Shown here piece after piece: positions 45,636 through 60,084 of a stretch of 64,000 nucleotides of DNA. The notes under the pieces were generated by a model. It was not told the origin of the DNA and made no database searches. It was given only the letters and a program-made list of their open reading frames with translations. Numbering within the stretch: position 1 is the first letter of the stretch; the number at the start of each line of letters is the position of its first letter. The translations under genes and the position numbers were made by a program. Source of the DNA: Eledone cirrhosa (taxonomy: Eukaryota); assembly GCA_964016885.1 (NCBI GenBank), contig OZ024745.1, positions 20,894,001-20,958,000 of the forward strand, in the 5' to 3' direction.

Positions 45636-47107
45636 GGTACTCCCGTTCAGCTTTCTGCTCTATGTGAAACCAACTGTGGAAAATTAGTTATAAAAATATA
45701 CCAGACCAATATATAGTTAATTACCAAATGTTAATGAACTTGGCGAAATGGAAGACATGTGTTTAATAATTTCATCACTGATTGTAAGGCCCCTTATTTT
45801 TTATAAAATCTATTACATTGGCAGCAAATGCAGCGGGTTGGCAAGAAGAACCTCTTCATTTCACTGCACCTGCTAGAAGTAGCTGTCCAAATCTGCATTC
45901 ATCATGTATTCTTTAATTAGATTCGATGTATAAAATATCACCAGTGTTTTAGTATTCTTGAAAACTAGCATGTCAAAATAGAAGACAAAGGTGGTATCAA
46001 ATCAAGAAAAGCTATTAAAATATTAAAGTCATTGTTGAATCAATAGGCAATCAAGAAAATAACCACAGCAAAGAAACAGTAAAGAACCCTACACTTTAAA
46101 TTCTCTAAAAGAATAAACAGAGTTTCAATAGGCTACAAGGATCTTGGCTAAAGGGAGAAACTGGCGACGCCATAATTGACATTGGGAACAGTTTCTTTTA
46201 AACAGACATTTAAGACGAAGATTCATCAGACCAGTATTTATCCATGATTTCTCTAGCGTTAGGCGACTGTAAGTACAAGACTCTCCCTGGACAGGATTTC
46301 TGTTTATCGCAGGATTAACTCCCAAAGTTATTGCTGGTACTCACGCTCGCCTGAGTGTATTGGAGCAACTTGAAATAAAGTATTTTTGGTCAAGAACACA
46401 ACGCAACACTCTGTCTAGGAATCGAACCCATTATATTAACAATGTAAATCCAACCTTTAGCCCATGCGACTTCACAGAAACACTTGCCATAGGTATATTC
46501 TGAAGCACAATATGAAGCCAGATTACTACACATGTCTGTGTGACAGCTCACACCTATGCAGGTTTAGCTGGCCTCCCCCAAGGTATATCTCGTTGGAAGC
46601 GTCTTGGGTTATTTAATGATAGGGACCCTAGTCCTATCATCTCATTTCTACAGCTGAGTAAACTGGAGCTACGTGAAATAAAGTGTCTTGCTCAAGGAAA
46701 CAACACATCACCCGGTCCGAGAATTGAACTCACAACTTTTCGATTGTAAGCCGAATGCTCTAAGCACAAGGCCATGCGCCTTCACTACACATGGGACCAG
46801 TTTAAGGAAACCATGGATCACATGAAATAAATGGGTGTCACACACTAGCAATAACTATATACACTCGGAGACATATGTATGGCTTGATACCCAAGGTAGT
46901 AGGGGATTCAGTGGCAGAGAAATAGCCTAAATGTGTTCAGGACTATGCGATAGAAAATTTAAATGGAATAATTCTGTATGAGATTGTACAGATCGAACAT
47001 CATTCTACGAGACAAGATGCCCAAACCTTGAACATTAACGAACAAGTGAGGTAGGTCGGGCTTATGACAATAACTTCACAGTAAAGGGGATTGAAATAGG
47101 GAGAATA

Positions 47108-47305
47108 GTGAGTGAGTCATAAGTAACGGGCCAGTACAACATTTATATTCCATGTTCTGGTCACACAGCACGAAATCATAAATACAATACAAACAAAAAA
47201 AAGTTTAAAAACATAATTAAAAAAATAAAGCAGATGTTCAAAAGTTTATTTGCGAACATTGCAATAAAAATGCATTAACTTCCCGGGTACTTATGACTCA
47301 CCCTG
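47108..47305. mobile_element. Tc1/mariner-type MITE
   Basis: TIRs gtgagtcataagtaacggg / cccgggtacttatgactcaccctg. Confidence 0.6.
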
Positions 47306-47564
47306 CATATAATTTAAGTACAGAAATATTCTCGGTCACATTAATGCGAGTGCGAGGAGTTGTCAAGCAGAATATGGAAAAATAGAAGAATTGCCCTGGA
47401 AACCGCCCGCAGGTGAAGCCCCAAAATTATCATATGGTAGAAGAAGCCATATTCTCTGTGGAGCCCGAAACTCTAGTAAAAAAAATAACAAACAAATATT
47501 GAATGTCAAATATAGTCAAACAAATAAGACTCCGGCAGAATAGATTGCCTTGAGCATTAGAAGG

Positions 47565-47757
47565 ATGATGATAATGATGATGATGATGATGGTGATGGTG
47601 ATGGTGATGATGGTGATGGTGATGGTGATGATGATGATGGTGATGGTGATGATGGTGGTGATGGTGATGACGGTGATGGTGATGATGGTGGTGATGATGG
47701 TGATGGTGATGATGGTGGTGATGGTGGTGATGGTGATGGTGTTGATGATGATGATGG

Positions 47758-47792
<35 letters not shown>

Positions 47793-48000
47793 GTGATGAT
47801 GGTGATGGTGGTGATGGTGATGATGATGATGGTGATGATGGTGATGGTGATGATGGTGATGATGGTGATGGTGATGATGATGGTGATGATGATGGTGGTG
47901 ATGGTGATGGTGATGGTGATGATGATGGTGGTGATGGTGATGATGATGGTGATGATGGTGATGGTGGTGGTGGTGGTGGTGATGGTGGTGATGATGATGG

Positions 48001-48038
<38 letters not shown>

Positions 48039-48130
48039 GTGATGATGATGGTTATGATGATGTTGGTGATGATGATGCTAATGATGATGATAATGATGAT
48101 GATGATGATAATGATGATGTTGTTGATGAT
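47565..48130. repeat. (GAT/GGT)n array
   Basis: Direct reading. Confidence 0.95.
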
Positions 48131-48504
48131 GTGGAGGGGGAGGCAGGAGAATATGATAAGTAGGAAGAAGCGGAGGATGGGGAGGAAGAAGAGGAGAGAC
48201 AACAATGTTTATATATATATATATATGTGGGGGGGGGGGGGGTGCGTGTGTGTGTGTGTGTGTGATATGTGAGTCCCCGGTTCAATGGAGGGGAATCAGA
48301 GTCAGTAGGGTATTCAAAACATGAGTAGAATGTAAACATCAAGTTTAATATAGAAATGGCTTCTACAGAACTAAAACTGTTTCATTCAAAAGAAATCATC
48401 ATGGAATCCCTGTAGTGATTTCCAAAGGTTGATTGAGGAGATGGGACTGTCCGCGATTCCGTTGTTTTTTTTTACTATTGTCCTTGTCCTGTGTGCTCCC
48501 TATT

Positions 48505-48557
<53 letters not shown>

Positions 48558-48564
<7 letters not shown>

Positions 48565-49421
48565 CGTAAAATAAGAAAATTTTAAAAATTAAAAATTAAC
48601 TTACTTACTAAAATTTTCACTCCAATTAGTTTCTGTAATGGGATAAATATAGTTACGCAATGTAACTATCGAGAATTCATTACGTCATCAGGGAGTCTAT
48701 TCTCAGCTAAGTCCCCAGGCAATGCGCGGACACTAGGAACTCATATAAAAATAATAATTCGGTGGATGCAACAGCTAGCGGGGACTGAATTCCATAGCAC
48801 CGAAAAAGTTCACTGTCTCTGGTCAAGTGGCAGATTCTAAAGAATCAATCACGTGACGCTGAGGCTAGTCAGTAGGAGTGGGGTGGTATTATGACAAGAG
48901 CCTACTACCACTAGGATGAATTAGCAGTGGATTTGGCAAGTTTGCTCAACAAATAAATAATTTGGAGATAAATATAGAGAATTAGTATATTTACCAACAT
49001 ATGCGTACAGATGTACACTAATGCTAGCAAATACATAAGTTATGTCATAGTACCTAGGTGGTTCTATGCAGGGGGATGCAGAACAATTATATGAAAGACG
49101 TAAAATAAGAAAATTTATTTTTATATGAGTTCCTAGTGTCCGCGCATTGCCTGGGGACTTAGCTGAGAATAGACACCCTGATGACGTAATGAATTCTCGA
49201 TAGTTACATTGCGTAACTATATTTATCCCATTACAAAAACTAATTGGAGTGAAAATTTTAGTAAGTAAGTTAATTTTTAATTTTTAAAATTTTCTTATTT
49301 TACGTCTTTCATATAATTGTTCTGCATCCCCCTGCATAGAACCACCTAGGTACTATGACATAACTTATGTATTTGCTATCATTAGTGTACATCTGTACGC
49401 ATATGTTGGTAAATATACTAA

Positions 49422-49425
<4 letters not shown>
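48558..49425. mobile_element. Family J composite: inverted and tandem pseudo-LTR/tail units with two hammerheads
   Basis: 48558-48754 is the reverse complement of 49115-49312; 48977-49116 is the reverse complement of the 49290-49425 tail; microsatellite flanks. Confidence 0.85.
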
Positions 49426-49517
<92 letters not shown>

Positions 49518-49518
<1 letters not shown>

Positions 49519-49768
49519 AGAACACTGGAAGGTAATATCCGTAGTGGTAGAGCACTCAGTCCATGGGAGGAGTTTGGTAGAAGTGGTAACACAACAGTTA
49601 GTTCACCATACCGAGAACAATTGTTTCAGCTTAGCGGATCTTCAGCTCGGACTGGTAAAGGTTACACCTGGTTCTTCCTTTCACGTATAACCATGACCAG
49701 TCCGAGCTGAGGATCCGCTAAGGTGAAACAATTGTTCTCGGTATGGAGAACTAACTGTTGTGTTACTA

Positions 49769-49771
<3 letters not shown>
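49518..49771 (-). mobile_element. Family K hairpin/tail cassette with hammerheads at 49611-49650 (-) and 49702-49741 (+); fragments at 19812-19864 and near 51400
   Basis: CCGAG-CTGAGGA-tccgctaaggt-GAAAC-AATT-GTT-CTCGG; ~87-bp arms. Confidence 0.82.
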
Positions 49772-49823
<52 letters not shown>

Positions 49824-50080
49824 CGTTTTTGAATTTATTTTGCAAGATTTCTTTTCTGAAAACGTGTGTTGAAACAGATATTGTTATAATTTGGGAGGGT
49901 CATGCTGCCAATAAAAACACACGCACGCACTTCAATTTATTATAACTTTCCGGCTGGTTGGTTCGATAACCAGATAGTTGTTTATATATTGTCAAAGCTC
50001 TTTCGTCACACATTCTGTGACCTACTCAGTGACTGGGGGTTTTATTTTGTGTCTCTCCTTTGTTCTGTCCTACACCATCT

Positions 50081-50157
<77 letters not shown>

Positions 50158-50522
50158 CAACATAGAGAAAATGGTTCTAATATATTTTACTTAGTATGTT
50201 CAACTGACAGCACAGGGCCCACGCAAGGGGTCCACAGTTAATGGTATAATAGTAATGATAATACGGACAAAACATCGACATCATCATCATCATCACCATT
50301 ACCCTTATCACCTTCACAATAAACATCATCAACACCATCATCATTATCAACAGCATTAGCAGCATTATCATATTCATCATCATTCGCCGAGGTTAACTTT
50401 GCCTTTCATTCTTACGGGGTCGATAAAATAAAGTACCAGTAATACACTTGGTAATTGCTGGTCTTGTGCCAAAAGTAGAAACAATTATTATCATCACCAT
50501 CACCATCACCATCTTCATCACC

Positions 50523-50575
<53 letters not shown>

Positions 50576-50956
50576 CAGCAGCAGCAGCAACAGTAGCAGC
50601 AGTAGCAGCAGCAAAATAAAGAAGTGCAAACAAATATTGTAAGAGAAATCGGAAGTGGAGAAGAGAAATGGAGGCTGGAGAAAGAGAAAGAGAAAGAGGG
50701 AAAGGAACAGAGACACAGTTTTACAGAGAGGGAGATAGAGAAGGGGATAGAGAGGTGAGGAGAGTGGTGGATGGAGGGGGAACTGTCAGCCAATTAGGTG
50801 ATAACACGAAAAAGTAGAATAAAAGAATAATGAACCAATGTGTATATATATATATAAATATATATATATATAAATATATATATGTGTGTGTGTGTGTGTA
50901 TATATATATATGTGGGAGGGTATATATATATATGTATATATATACACATATATATG

Positions 50957-51035
<79 letters not shown>

Positions 51036-51043
51036 TCTCTGCG

Positions 51044-51090
<47 letters not shown>

Positions 51091-51989
51091 ATATAAATAT
51101 ATATATGTGCGTGTGTGTGTGTATGTATATATAAAAGAGAGCGTGTGGGAGAGATAAAGGTAGAGAGAGAAATATATATACCTATATATACACATGTCTC
51201 TATGTATGTATGTATGTGTGAATATATATATATATATATAACTGTCATTTTGCATCCTGTTTTTTGTTTCATTTATTAACATTTTATATATGTATATATA
51301 TATTGTATATATGTATATATATGGTATATATATGTATATATATGGTATATATATGTATATATATATATATATATAAATACATATATGTATGTATATATAG
51401 AAGGGGTTACACAATAGTTAGTTCAATATATATATACACACACACACACATCATATATATATATATCTGTATGGCCTTTTGTTTTAATATTTTTTAATTT
51501 CAACGTATACGTAAGTACGTACGCACATGTGTATGTATGTATGTATGTATGTATGTATGTATGTATGTATGTATGTATGTATGTATGCATATGAATCTGT
51601 GTATGTATGTAAGTATGTATGTGTGAATGTGTGTGCATAAGTGTACAAAGGACACACACACACATAACCAATTATTCACCTCACAAAGAGGCTTTCAGGA
51701 AGATACATTGCAATCAACTGACATTCATGCCCCGTTAATCTGACTTCACAGCTTGTCATAAATGTGTGGGTAAGCGTGTGTGTGTGTGAGAGAGTGGGTG
51801 TATGTGTGTGTGTATGTGTATTATATATATGTAGTGTGTGTGTGCGTGTTTATATGTGATAAGGGAGTGTTTTCATATGTACATACATCCATATAGATAT
51901 ATAGATCGAGATAAATAAACAGCTCAATCAATAGACAGACAGACTGACAGACAGGGAAACAGCTAGATTGATAGATAGACAGGCAGACA

Positions 51990-52069
<80 letters not shown>

Positions 52070-52077
52070 CGTGTGCA

Positions 52078-52119
<42 letters not shown>

Positions 52120-52135
52120 CGTGTGCGTGTACATA

Positions 52136-52212
<77 letters not shown>

Positions 52213-52301
52213 TGTATATATATATACATGTATATATATATGTATATATATGTATATATATATGTATATATATGTATATATATACTGTATATATATATAT
52301 A

Positions 52302-52387
<86 letters not shown>

Positions 52388-53285
52388 GTATATATATAAG
52401 TAGGTAGATAGAAAGACAGATAGAGAGATAGATAAACTATTGCACATCGGTAGTAAATGCAAGTTTGCTGCAGGCGTTTGTGCCTTAGGGCAGGACACCT
52501 AATTCAACATGCGATAGTCAGTTCCCCTCGCTATGGGGGTAGTACTTTGGTGCTTTTTTTTATTTTTTGTTCGTCAACGGAGGAGTGTAAGTATAACATT
52601 TCTACAAGCTCAGCCATGATACATCATGAGATATGGACAGTTAGATAAGGTTAATGTATTTAATGAACAGTTTGAGTTTTGAAATGTCAGTTGTTGAGTG
52701 AAGTGGAAATTATGTGAAGCTGCTTCATAAAAAGATGTCTTAAGAAAAAAAAAAAAGAAAAAGCAGATCTAGAAAAGGTGTTTATTACGTTTATTACGCG
52801 GTTTGTGAGTAGCACACGCCGTATATAGGCGCCGCGGAGTAATATGTCGCCTATATGTCATGTCCTAAATTAGGTGTGAAAGTTTCAAGAAGACTAAAAT
52901 AATATATCATCATTGCGACCACAGATTTTCCATTGCTCCTGGCAACTGCTCTCTACTGAGGATTATATCGTCTGGGAATTGATTGATGAAGGTTTTAGCG
53001 TCTCGTGTGAGTTGGTTCCCACAATAGAAGCTTCTCTATAACTTCATGTCTACTTTTTTCGCAATGTCCTACAAATCGTAGGAATGTGAGCAATTGTAGT
53101 TGAGACTGGCATGCATGGGCGACTGCTGATCTTCCATAAGAAATCTTGCTCGGACTTGTACCTCGAAAGGGAAACTTTCTCGGTGCAAATCCCATAGCCA
53201 TCTTAGTCCTCTGTGCTACAGATGGATCGTTCTTGTGATATAGGTCGATAGAGTTTATACTATTGATCTAATTCCTCTTTATAAC

Positions 53286-53330
53286 GCTCTGATGAGTCCT
53301 GCAATTATGCAAGGACGAAACACTGTCAGC
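53286..53330 (+). ncRNA. Canonical minimal type I hammerhead ribozyme
   Basis: GCT-CTGATGA-GTCCT gcaattatgca AGGAC-GAAAC-act-GTC-AGC followed by aaataaa. Confidence 0.85.
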
Positions 53331-53474
53331 AAATAAAAATTAATTGATGATATAAGCGCTCTTTGTTTTTGTTTCATATAACGGCTCTGCTTTCAAGCAT
53401 TGAGGTAATTAAATACTGTCATAAATTCGACAAGACGCCTGTATCTTATACACACGTTCTGTTGTCTAAACATG

Positions 53475-53507
<33 letters not shown>

Positions 53508-53696
53508 TAACAGATTAAAGTTTAAGCAAAGAATCGCTGCTTTCACCCTTAGCAGCGATGCTTTGCTTAAACTTTGCTTTAATCTGTTATTTTAATAAAT
53601 ATTTGCTCAAGGGCTCTTATATATTTGATATATATTTATCCTTATCGACCCCTCTTTGGATTTTTGTCTTCACATTTATTATTATTACTATATGTG

Positions 53697-53782
<86 letters not shown>

Positions 53783-53809
53783 CGCGCGTGTGTGTATGTG
53801 TGTGCGTGC

Positions 53810-53859
<50 letters not shown>

Positions 53860-54257
53860 ATATATATATATATATATATATGGGGGATAACAAGTTATCG
53901 TTTTAGGTAATCTAGGTTGTCAGTACTCTGTACTATGAATAGTTTTAACGTACGGCGTTGTTTGACTCAACAAGAGGTTTCCTTAGTTAGGTAGCGAGTT
54001 TACGAGAATTCCCATGCAGGTTATTCTTGGAGTAATAATAGTAAAAGAGTGAAGAATAACATGGTCGACTGTACAAAAAGGGTTTTATTCATAATATTGT
54101 TTCATTGATCAGGTGAGTCTAAAGACCGGTAATCACTCGAAATTGCGTCACTCGTCCTTAAATACAGTGTGCGTGTCTGATCAAATCATCGGAATATTGG
54201 AGTGTGTAACACATGCCATTGGTATTTATAGATACACCGGAGAATCAAGTGAATGAA

Positions 54258-54296
<39 letters not shown>

Positions 54297-54298
<2 letters not shown>

Positions 54299-54666
54299 TG
54301 TATGATTGCAAGAAAGATTGCGTCCGTAGCAGGTATACCGTGTGAGCACCCGATGCTCGCGCAGAACAGTGTATGATACTATTAGAATAAAGGAGCAAAG
54401 ATTCAGTGGTGCATCATAACATATTTAATAACATATTACATATGTTTCACTATCGATCAGCTCGAGGAACGACCTATTATTGACTGAATCTGACTCTGTA
54501 ATCGAAAGATCATCAGATATGTTTCTTATGTAAACTCGTCTATCACATAAGAAACATATCTGATGATCTTTCGATTACAGCGTCAGATTCGATCAATAAT
54601 AGATCGTTCCTCGATCTGATCGATAGTGAAACATATGTAATATGTTATTGAATATGTTACCATGCA
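54297..54666 (-). mobile_element. Family L hairpin/tail cassette with hammerhead (54553-54646 on +, mirrored on -)
   Basis: AACATAT-CTGATGA-61-nt stem II-GAAAC-ATAT-GTA-ATATGTT; ~120-bp arms; tail 54297-54410; (TA)n flanks. Confidence 0.82.
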
Positions 54667-55117
54667 TGTATATATATATATATACAGACACACATAATAT
54701 ATACAAGCATCAATGCGTAAGTACGTACATACATACACACATACATACATACATACATACATACATACATACATACATACATACATACATACATACATAC
54801 ATACATACATACATACATACATACATACATACCTAATATTAATAAATGTATTTTTCAATCACGTTTATTGTTGAAGTAAATATGCAGTAATGAAATTCTA
54901 TAACGAAGTTAGACGCAATAATAATTAATTGCACGTATAAAACCGCATATATGCATAAACACATACAGAGAAAATTATCTAAGAAGGCACACATGTGCAT
55001 ATATATGTATATATATATGTATATATATATATAAATAGATAGATACATATAGATGCATATATATATATGTATATATATGTATATATATATATACATATAT
55101 ATATATGCATCTATATG

Positions 55118-55165
<48 letters not shown>

Positions 55166-55533
55166 ATTCAAAACAACGAACAGCGGAGGACACGTTTCGC
55201 ACCTTTCCGACAGACAACCTTTCCCCCACCCCGGAAAATACCCCCACTTGATGGATGTGAATCCGAAATATATAGGGACAATTAAATCTCTCCCAAGGTA
55301 ACTCTCTCTCTCGTGTTGTTATTTTTATTTTTATCCTTTACGCTCTATCCTTCATTCCTCTACACGTCTTATACACGCCACGCATCTCAACGTACACCCA
55401 CTTACATCTCTCTCTCTACCACCGGATCCTGTTACCCGGAGATTTACCCATCTGCATTTTCGAGGCTTCCAAACGACTTAAAGAAATTTACCTTATTATT
55501 CCACAATGCTTCAAGCAAACTTCAATACTCTCT

Positions 55534-55569
<36 letters not shown>

Positions 55570-55744
55570 CAATATCGGAGAAAGCTTTTTAGCGATACTC
55601 CGGCCAAATTCCAACTCACTCAACAAACTTTAGGAAATAAGTGATTGATTATATTCCCAATTATGTGTTCGGGGTGCTAACTAAAAGTATTGCGTGGAAA
55701 ATTGGCTGTATTATTTCAAATGAGACATATCTAACATATCTCTT

Positions 55745-55871
55745 CCCAGACGGACGTCTCGTTTCATTATAGGATTCCTACAATTTGGGTGAAATTATAC
55801 CAATTTATGTAGGAGCTTGTATACCATCAATAGATATATATTCAAGTGGGCTCCTATAATTCATCAGTGGG
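55745..55871 (-). ncRNA. Type I hammerhead with perfect core and large stem II loop
   Basis: Minus strand CCCA-CTGATGA-ATTATAGGA...TCCTATAAT-GAAAC-G agacgtc C-GTC-TGGG. Confidence 0.85.
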
Positions 55872-56036
55872 TGCCCCAATAATACTAATATTGATAATCT
55901 AACCAACATCAGCATTTAGCGATAATCACTTTCTGTGCCTGGGGTATCTGTCAGGTTGCCAGTCCAGCAGTTCTGAAAGAAGTGCTCGAACTGATTCAAA
56001 AAATGAGGAAGTGAAATACCGCCAAAAAAAAAAAAA

Positions 56037-56067
<31 letters not shown>

Positions 56068-56069
<2 letters not shown>

Positions 56070-56273
56070 AAAAGGAATTGTGGTAAGGAACCAGATGGAC
56101 CATAATGCACCAAAGTACTCAATACTTAGGGTAGTAGAGTGGGAAATAGGAAAAAGTATGACCCCGACGGCAGAACTCAAGCCGTTTCGACGGCTATTTC
56201 TGGACTATTTCTGTTTTAGTCCAGAAATAGTCGTCGAAACGTCTTGAGCTCTGCCGTCGGGGTCATACTTTTT

Positions 56274-56276
<3 letters not shown>
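56068..56276 (-). mobile_element. Family A (subtype) hairpin/tail cassette
   Basis: Arms aggaaaaagtatgacccc.../...ggggtcatactttttcct; tail on the left; a fragment of the same subtype lies at 11449-11485. Confidence 0.85.
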
Positions 56277-56342
<66 letters not shown>

Positions 56343-56403
56343 GGGGAGAGAGAGAGAGAGAGAGAGATAGATAGATAGATATAGATGCATATATATATGT
56401 ATA

Positions 56404-56441
<38 letters not shown>

Positions 56442-56469
56442 CGCATATATATATATATATATATATATA

Positions 56470-56818
56470 CAATGATATTAAATAAATGGAAACTATATTT
56501 ATAAAACCATATTTATTATATTGTATATATTTCAAGGGTACCAAAACTTTGGTACGTTCTCATCAGATGAAATAAAAAGTTTGTTTTATAAATATTGACA
56601 TAACCAGGAAAGAAGAACTTAACGGTTCAAATTTTTCCTGGATAGCACTATCCAGGAAAAACTTGAACCGTTAAGTTCTTCTTTCCTGGTTATGTCAATA
56701 TTTATAAAACAAACTTTTTATTTCATCTGATGAGAACGTACCAAAGTTTTGGTACCCTTGAAATATATACAATATAATAAATATGGTTTTATAAATATAG
56801 TTTCCATTTATTTAATAT

Positions 56819-56823
<5 letters not shown>
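56470..56823. mobile_element. Family I hairpin (~176-bp arms, 2-nt loop) with hammerhead motif in each arm
   Basis: Centre gatag-ca-ctatc; CTGATGA at 56727-56733, gtaccaaa/tttggtac stem, GAAA at 56760. Confidence 0.85.
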
Positions 56824-56865
<42 letters not shown>

Positions 56866-57134
56866 TATATATATATATATGCGTATATATATGCATATGT
56901 ATATGTATATATAACAGGAGTTAGCAACGTGGCTATAGAATTTAATTACTACGTAATAATTTTAATAAATGAGATTAATAATATATTTAGTAATCTTATA
57001 GATTATTTTTCTCTCGCCAGTTTTCTGTTCATTATAGAAAGTCGTAGAATCTGTTGGCGAACAAGATGTTTTGTTAAATTTTCAGCTACACTTTTAGCCA
57101 TCTACAGAACTCTAAGCTTAACGTGGAAACAATA

Positions 57135-59042
57135 TCTACTTATATATATAACCAGCAATTTCTCTGTCTGTCTGTCCGACAGTGGAAACACGTGCATAGA
57201 GAGAGAGTGAGAGTGAAAGAAAGAGACAGACTAGGAGAGGGGGATAGCGGGAGGGAGAGAGGGAGAGAGAGAGAGTGAATAGACGCTAAAACACGTGCTA
57301 CAGAAACATTACCTTCCCCTCTCCACTGACTTTGGTCACTGAGGCCGAGGGAATCGCGCTGAGTGCGTCATAATGACGTAATGCAGACAGTCAGACATAC
57401 AGACAGATATTATAAGGGCGCAACGTTATATTTATGTATCTATCTAAAAAGAAAGACTAAAAATTATATAGAGAGAACGCTAAATCGCCCAATGCAGTCC
57501 CTAGGGCATTGAAAATTTGAAATAACTTTTGCTCAAAACACTCACAGGACCATAAGTATTACATGTCTAAAGTTTGAAAACAATCGGTTGGATGGTTCTC
57601 AAGTTTTAGTGAGCTGACAGATAGACAGACATTCTCTGTTTTAGATATATAGACTAGCAGAAAACCGCCCCCCAAGTGGTTTTCTGCTAGTCTATATATC
57701 TAAAACAGAGAATGTCTGTCTGTCTGAAACTAGAAAATCACCCAACCGAGTTTTTTCAAACTTTACACATGTAACACTTATGGTCGTGTGAGTGTTTCGA
57801 GCAAAACATATTTCAAATTTTCAATGCCCTAACCACCGCATTAGGCTCTGAACGTCGCACCCTTATAATATCTGCCTGTATGTCTGATGTCTCCATTACG
57901 ACATTATGACACTATCTGTGTGTGTGTATATATGTGTATATATAATGTGTGTATATAAATATATAGTGTGTAACGTTTTTCGAAATATTTATTTCTGCGT
58001 TCACAGATTGATTTTTTAGCGTCAGAAGATCCCGTTAAGGGTGAAAGCAGTGATTCTTTGCTTAAACTTTAATCTGTTATTTTAATATCTACTAGCAGAA
58101 TGGTCCGACGTTGTTCAGGATTCTAAACATAGATTGGCATGCGTATCCCTCCTTTCTGAAACAGTACAGAGAAGTACGGAATACCTCGGCCTGGGGATGG
58201 TGTCTACATTTTGTGCTTATAAAAAAAATTCGTCGTAGGTTACCAGGGGTTTAACTTAATTGGGTGCCTGAGAGTAAAATGTTCAACCAACGAAAGCCAA
58301 GACAATAGGGTTAAGTAAAAAGGCATTCAACAAACCAAACATGTATTTGTTGTTCTATGGTACAATGAAATCAATAGTTACAGCACAGTAAACATGTGGG
58401 ACTGCAGTGGTGGAGAGTGGTGTGGTCTTACTCCTTTCAATGTTTCGTCGTATGTTCACCAATTGATGCAGAAGTCCTAATGAAAATTGAAGTCGCCTTG
58501 GGTGAATAGGCAAATATTTTTGCATACACAAAAACAAAATATAAACAGCAGCAAAAACAACAACAAAAAAGAAAGGGTACGCAATTACATACTTTTGAAA
58601 AATCTTAATGGAAAATGATTTGCCTATTCACCCAAGGCGACTTCGATTTTCATTAGGACTTCTGAATCAATTGGTGAACATACGACGAAACATTGAAAGG
58701 AGTAAGACAACACCACTCTCCACCACTGCAGTCCCACATGCTTATTGCTCTGTAACTATTGATTTCATTGTACCATAGCACAACAAATACATGTTTGGTT
58801 TGTCGAATGCATTTTTACTTAACCCTATTGTCTAGGCTTTCGTGGGTTGAACATTTTACTCTTAGGCACCCAGTTAAGTTAAACCCCTGGTAATCTACGA
58901 CAAATTTTTTCTTATAAGCACAAAATGCAGCCACCATCCCCAGCCCGAGGTATTCCGTACTTCTCTGTACTGTTTCAAAAAGGAGGGATAAACATGCCAA
59001 TCTATGTTTAGAATCCGGAGCAACGCCGGGCCATTCTGCTAG
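57135..59042. mobile_element. Composite of non-autonomous Helitron termini
   Basis: A|TC 5' start at 57135; CTAG|TC junctions at 57690/57691 (+) and mirrored near 57653 (-); 3' hairpin ccggagcaacgccgg plus CTAG|T at 59015-59043 and its mirror at 58092-58119. Confidence 0.75.
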
Positions 59043-59457
59043 TATATAATAAATGTATGAACGATGCTGTGTTTTGAATAACGCTTATTTAATGATTATG
59101 GTATCATGTTTCCATGATTATACAAAGAGAGTTGTGCGCTAGATTTTGGTAGACAGAAAGTGCCGAATACAATGAAGCATTCTAACCACATGCCCATAAT
59201 ATCGGAGCTGTGATCTCTCAATTCAGAAAAGTACCAGCTGAACCTGGAGCGACTCTCTGATCTCTGAGCAACGCACTCTAGCAGAAAACTGTCCTGATCA
59301 AATATCAAATTCCTTTAGCCAAAGCTCAGATTCTAATATATGGATATATCTATATAGGAATGATGAAATTTTATCAAGGTACTTCAATATATTTATTTCA
59401 TTTTCGGTGTTGCAGACGTGCACACACAGGTACTTACACTCAAACACACGCACACAC

Positions 59458-59558
<101 letters not shown>

Positions 59559-59743
59559 TGTGTGTGTGTTTATATGTGTGTTTATATTCGTATAGGTTTG
59601 ACGGCTGAGAGAAAAGACCACTCAATACCGAAGTAGAGTTTAAATATTCATTTTATTATGGTTAAATAGTGGGTTTTATTACTCTGAAGTAACATCAGAC
59701 ACACACACACACATACACACACATACACACACATACATACATG

Positions 59744-59843
<100 letters not shown>

Positions 59844-59849
59844 GATAGA

Positions 59850-60049
59850 TAGATAGATATATTTCTTTATTAGCCACAGGGGCACAAAAGAAGGGGACAA
59901 ATACAAAGGGGGAAGTTTACATACAATAAAAACGTGTAAAATGTTATCACAGATGGAATTTAAAAGTTAGTCGATTTTCCCCAATAGAGGGAGACAGTTT
60001 ATATGGGTAACACAGACCCCCGAAAAAAATGTGCAACCCTCATCTCCAG

Positions 60050-60084
<35 letters not shown>

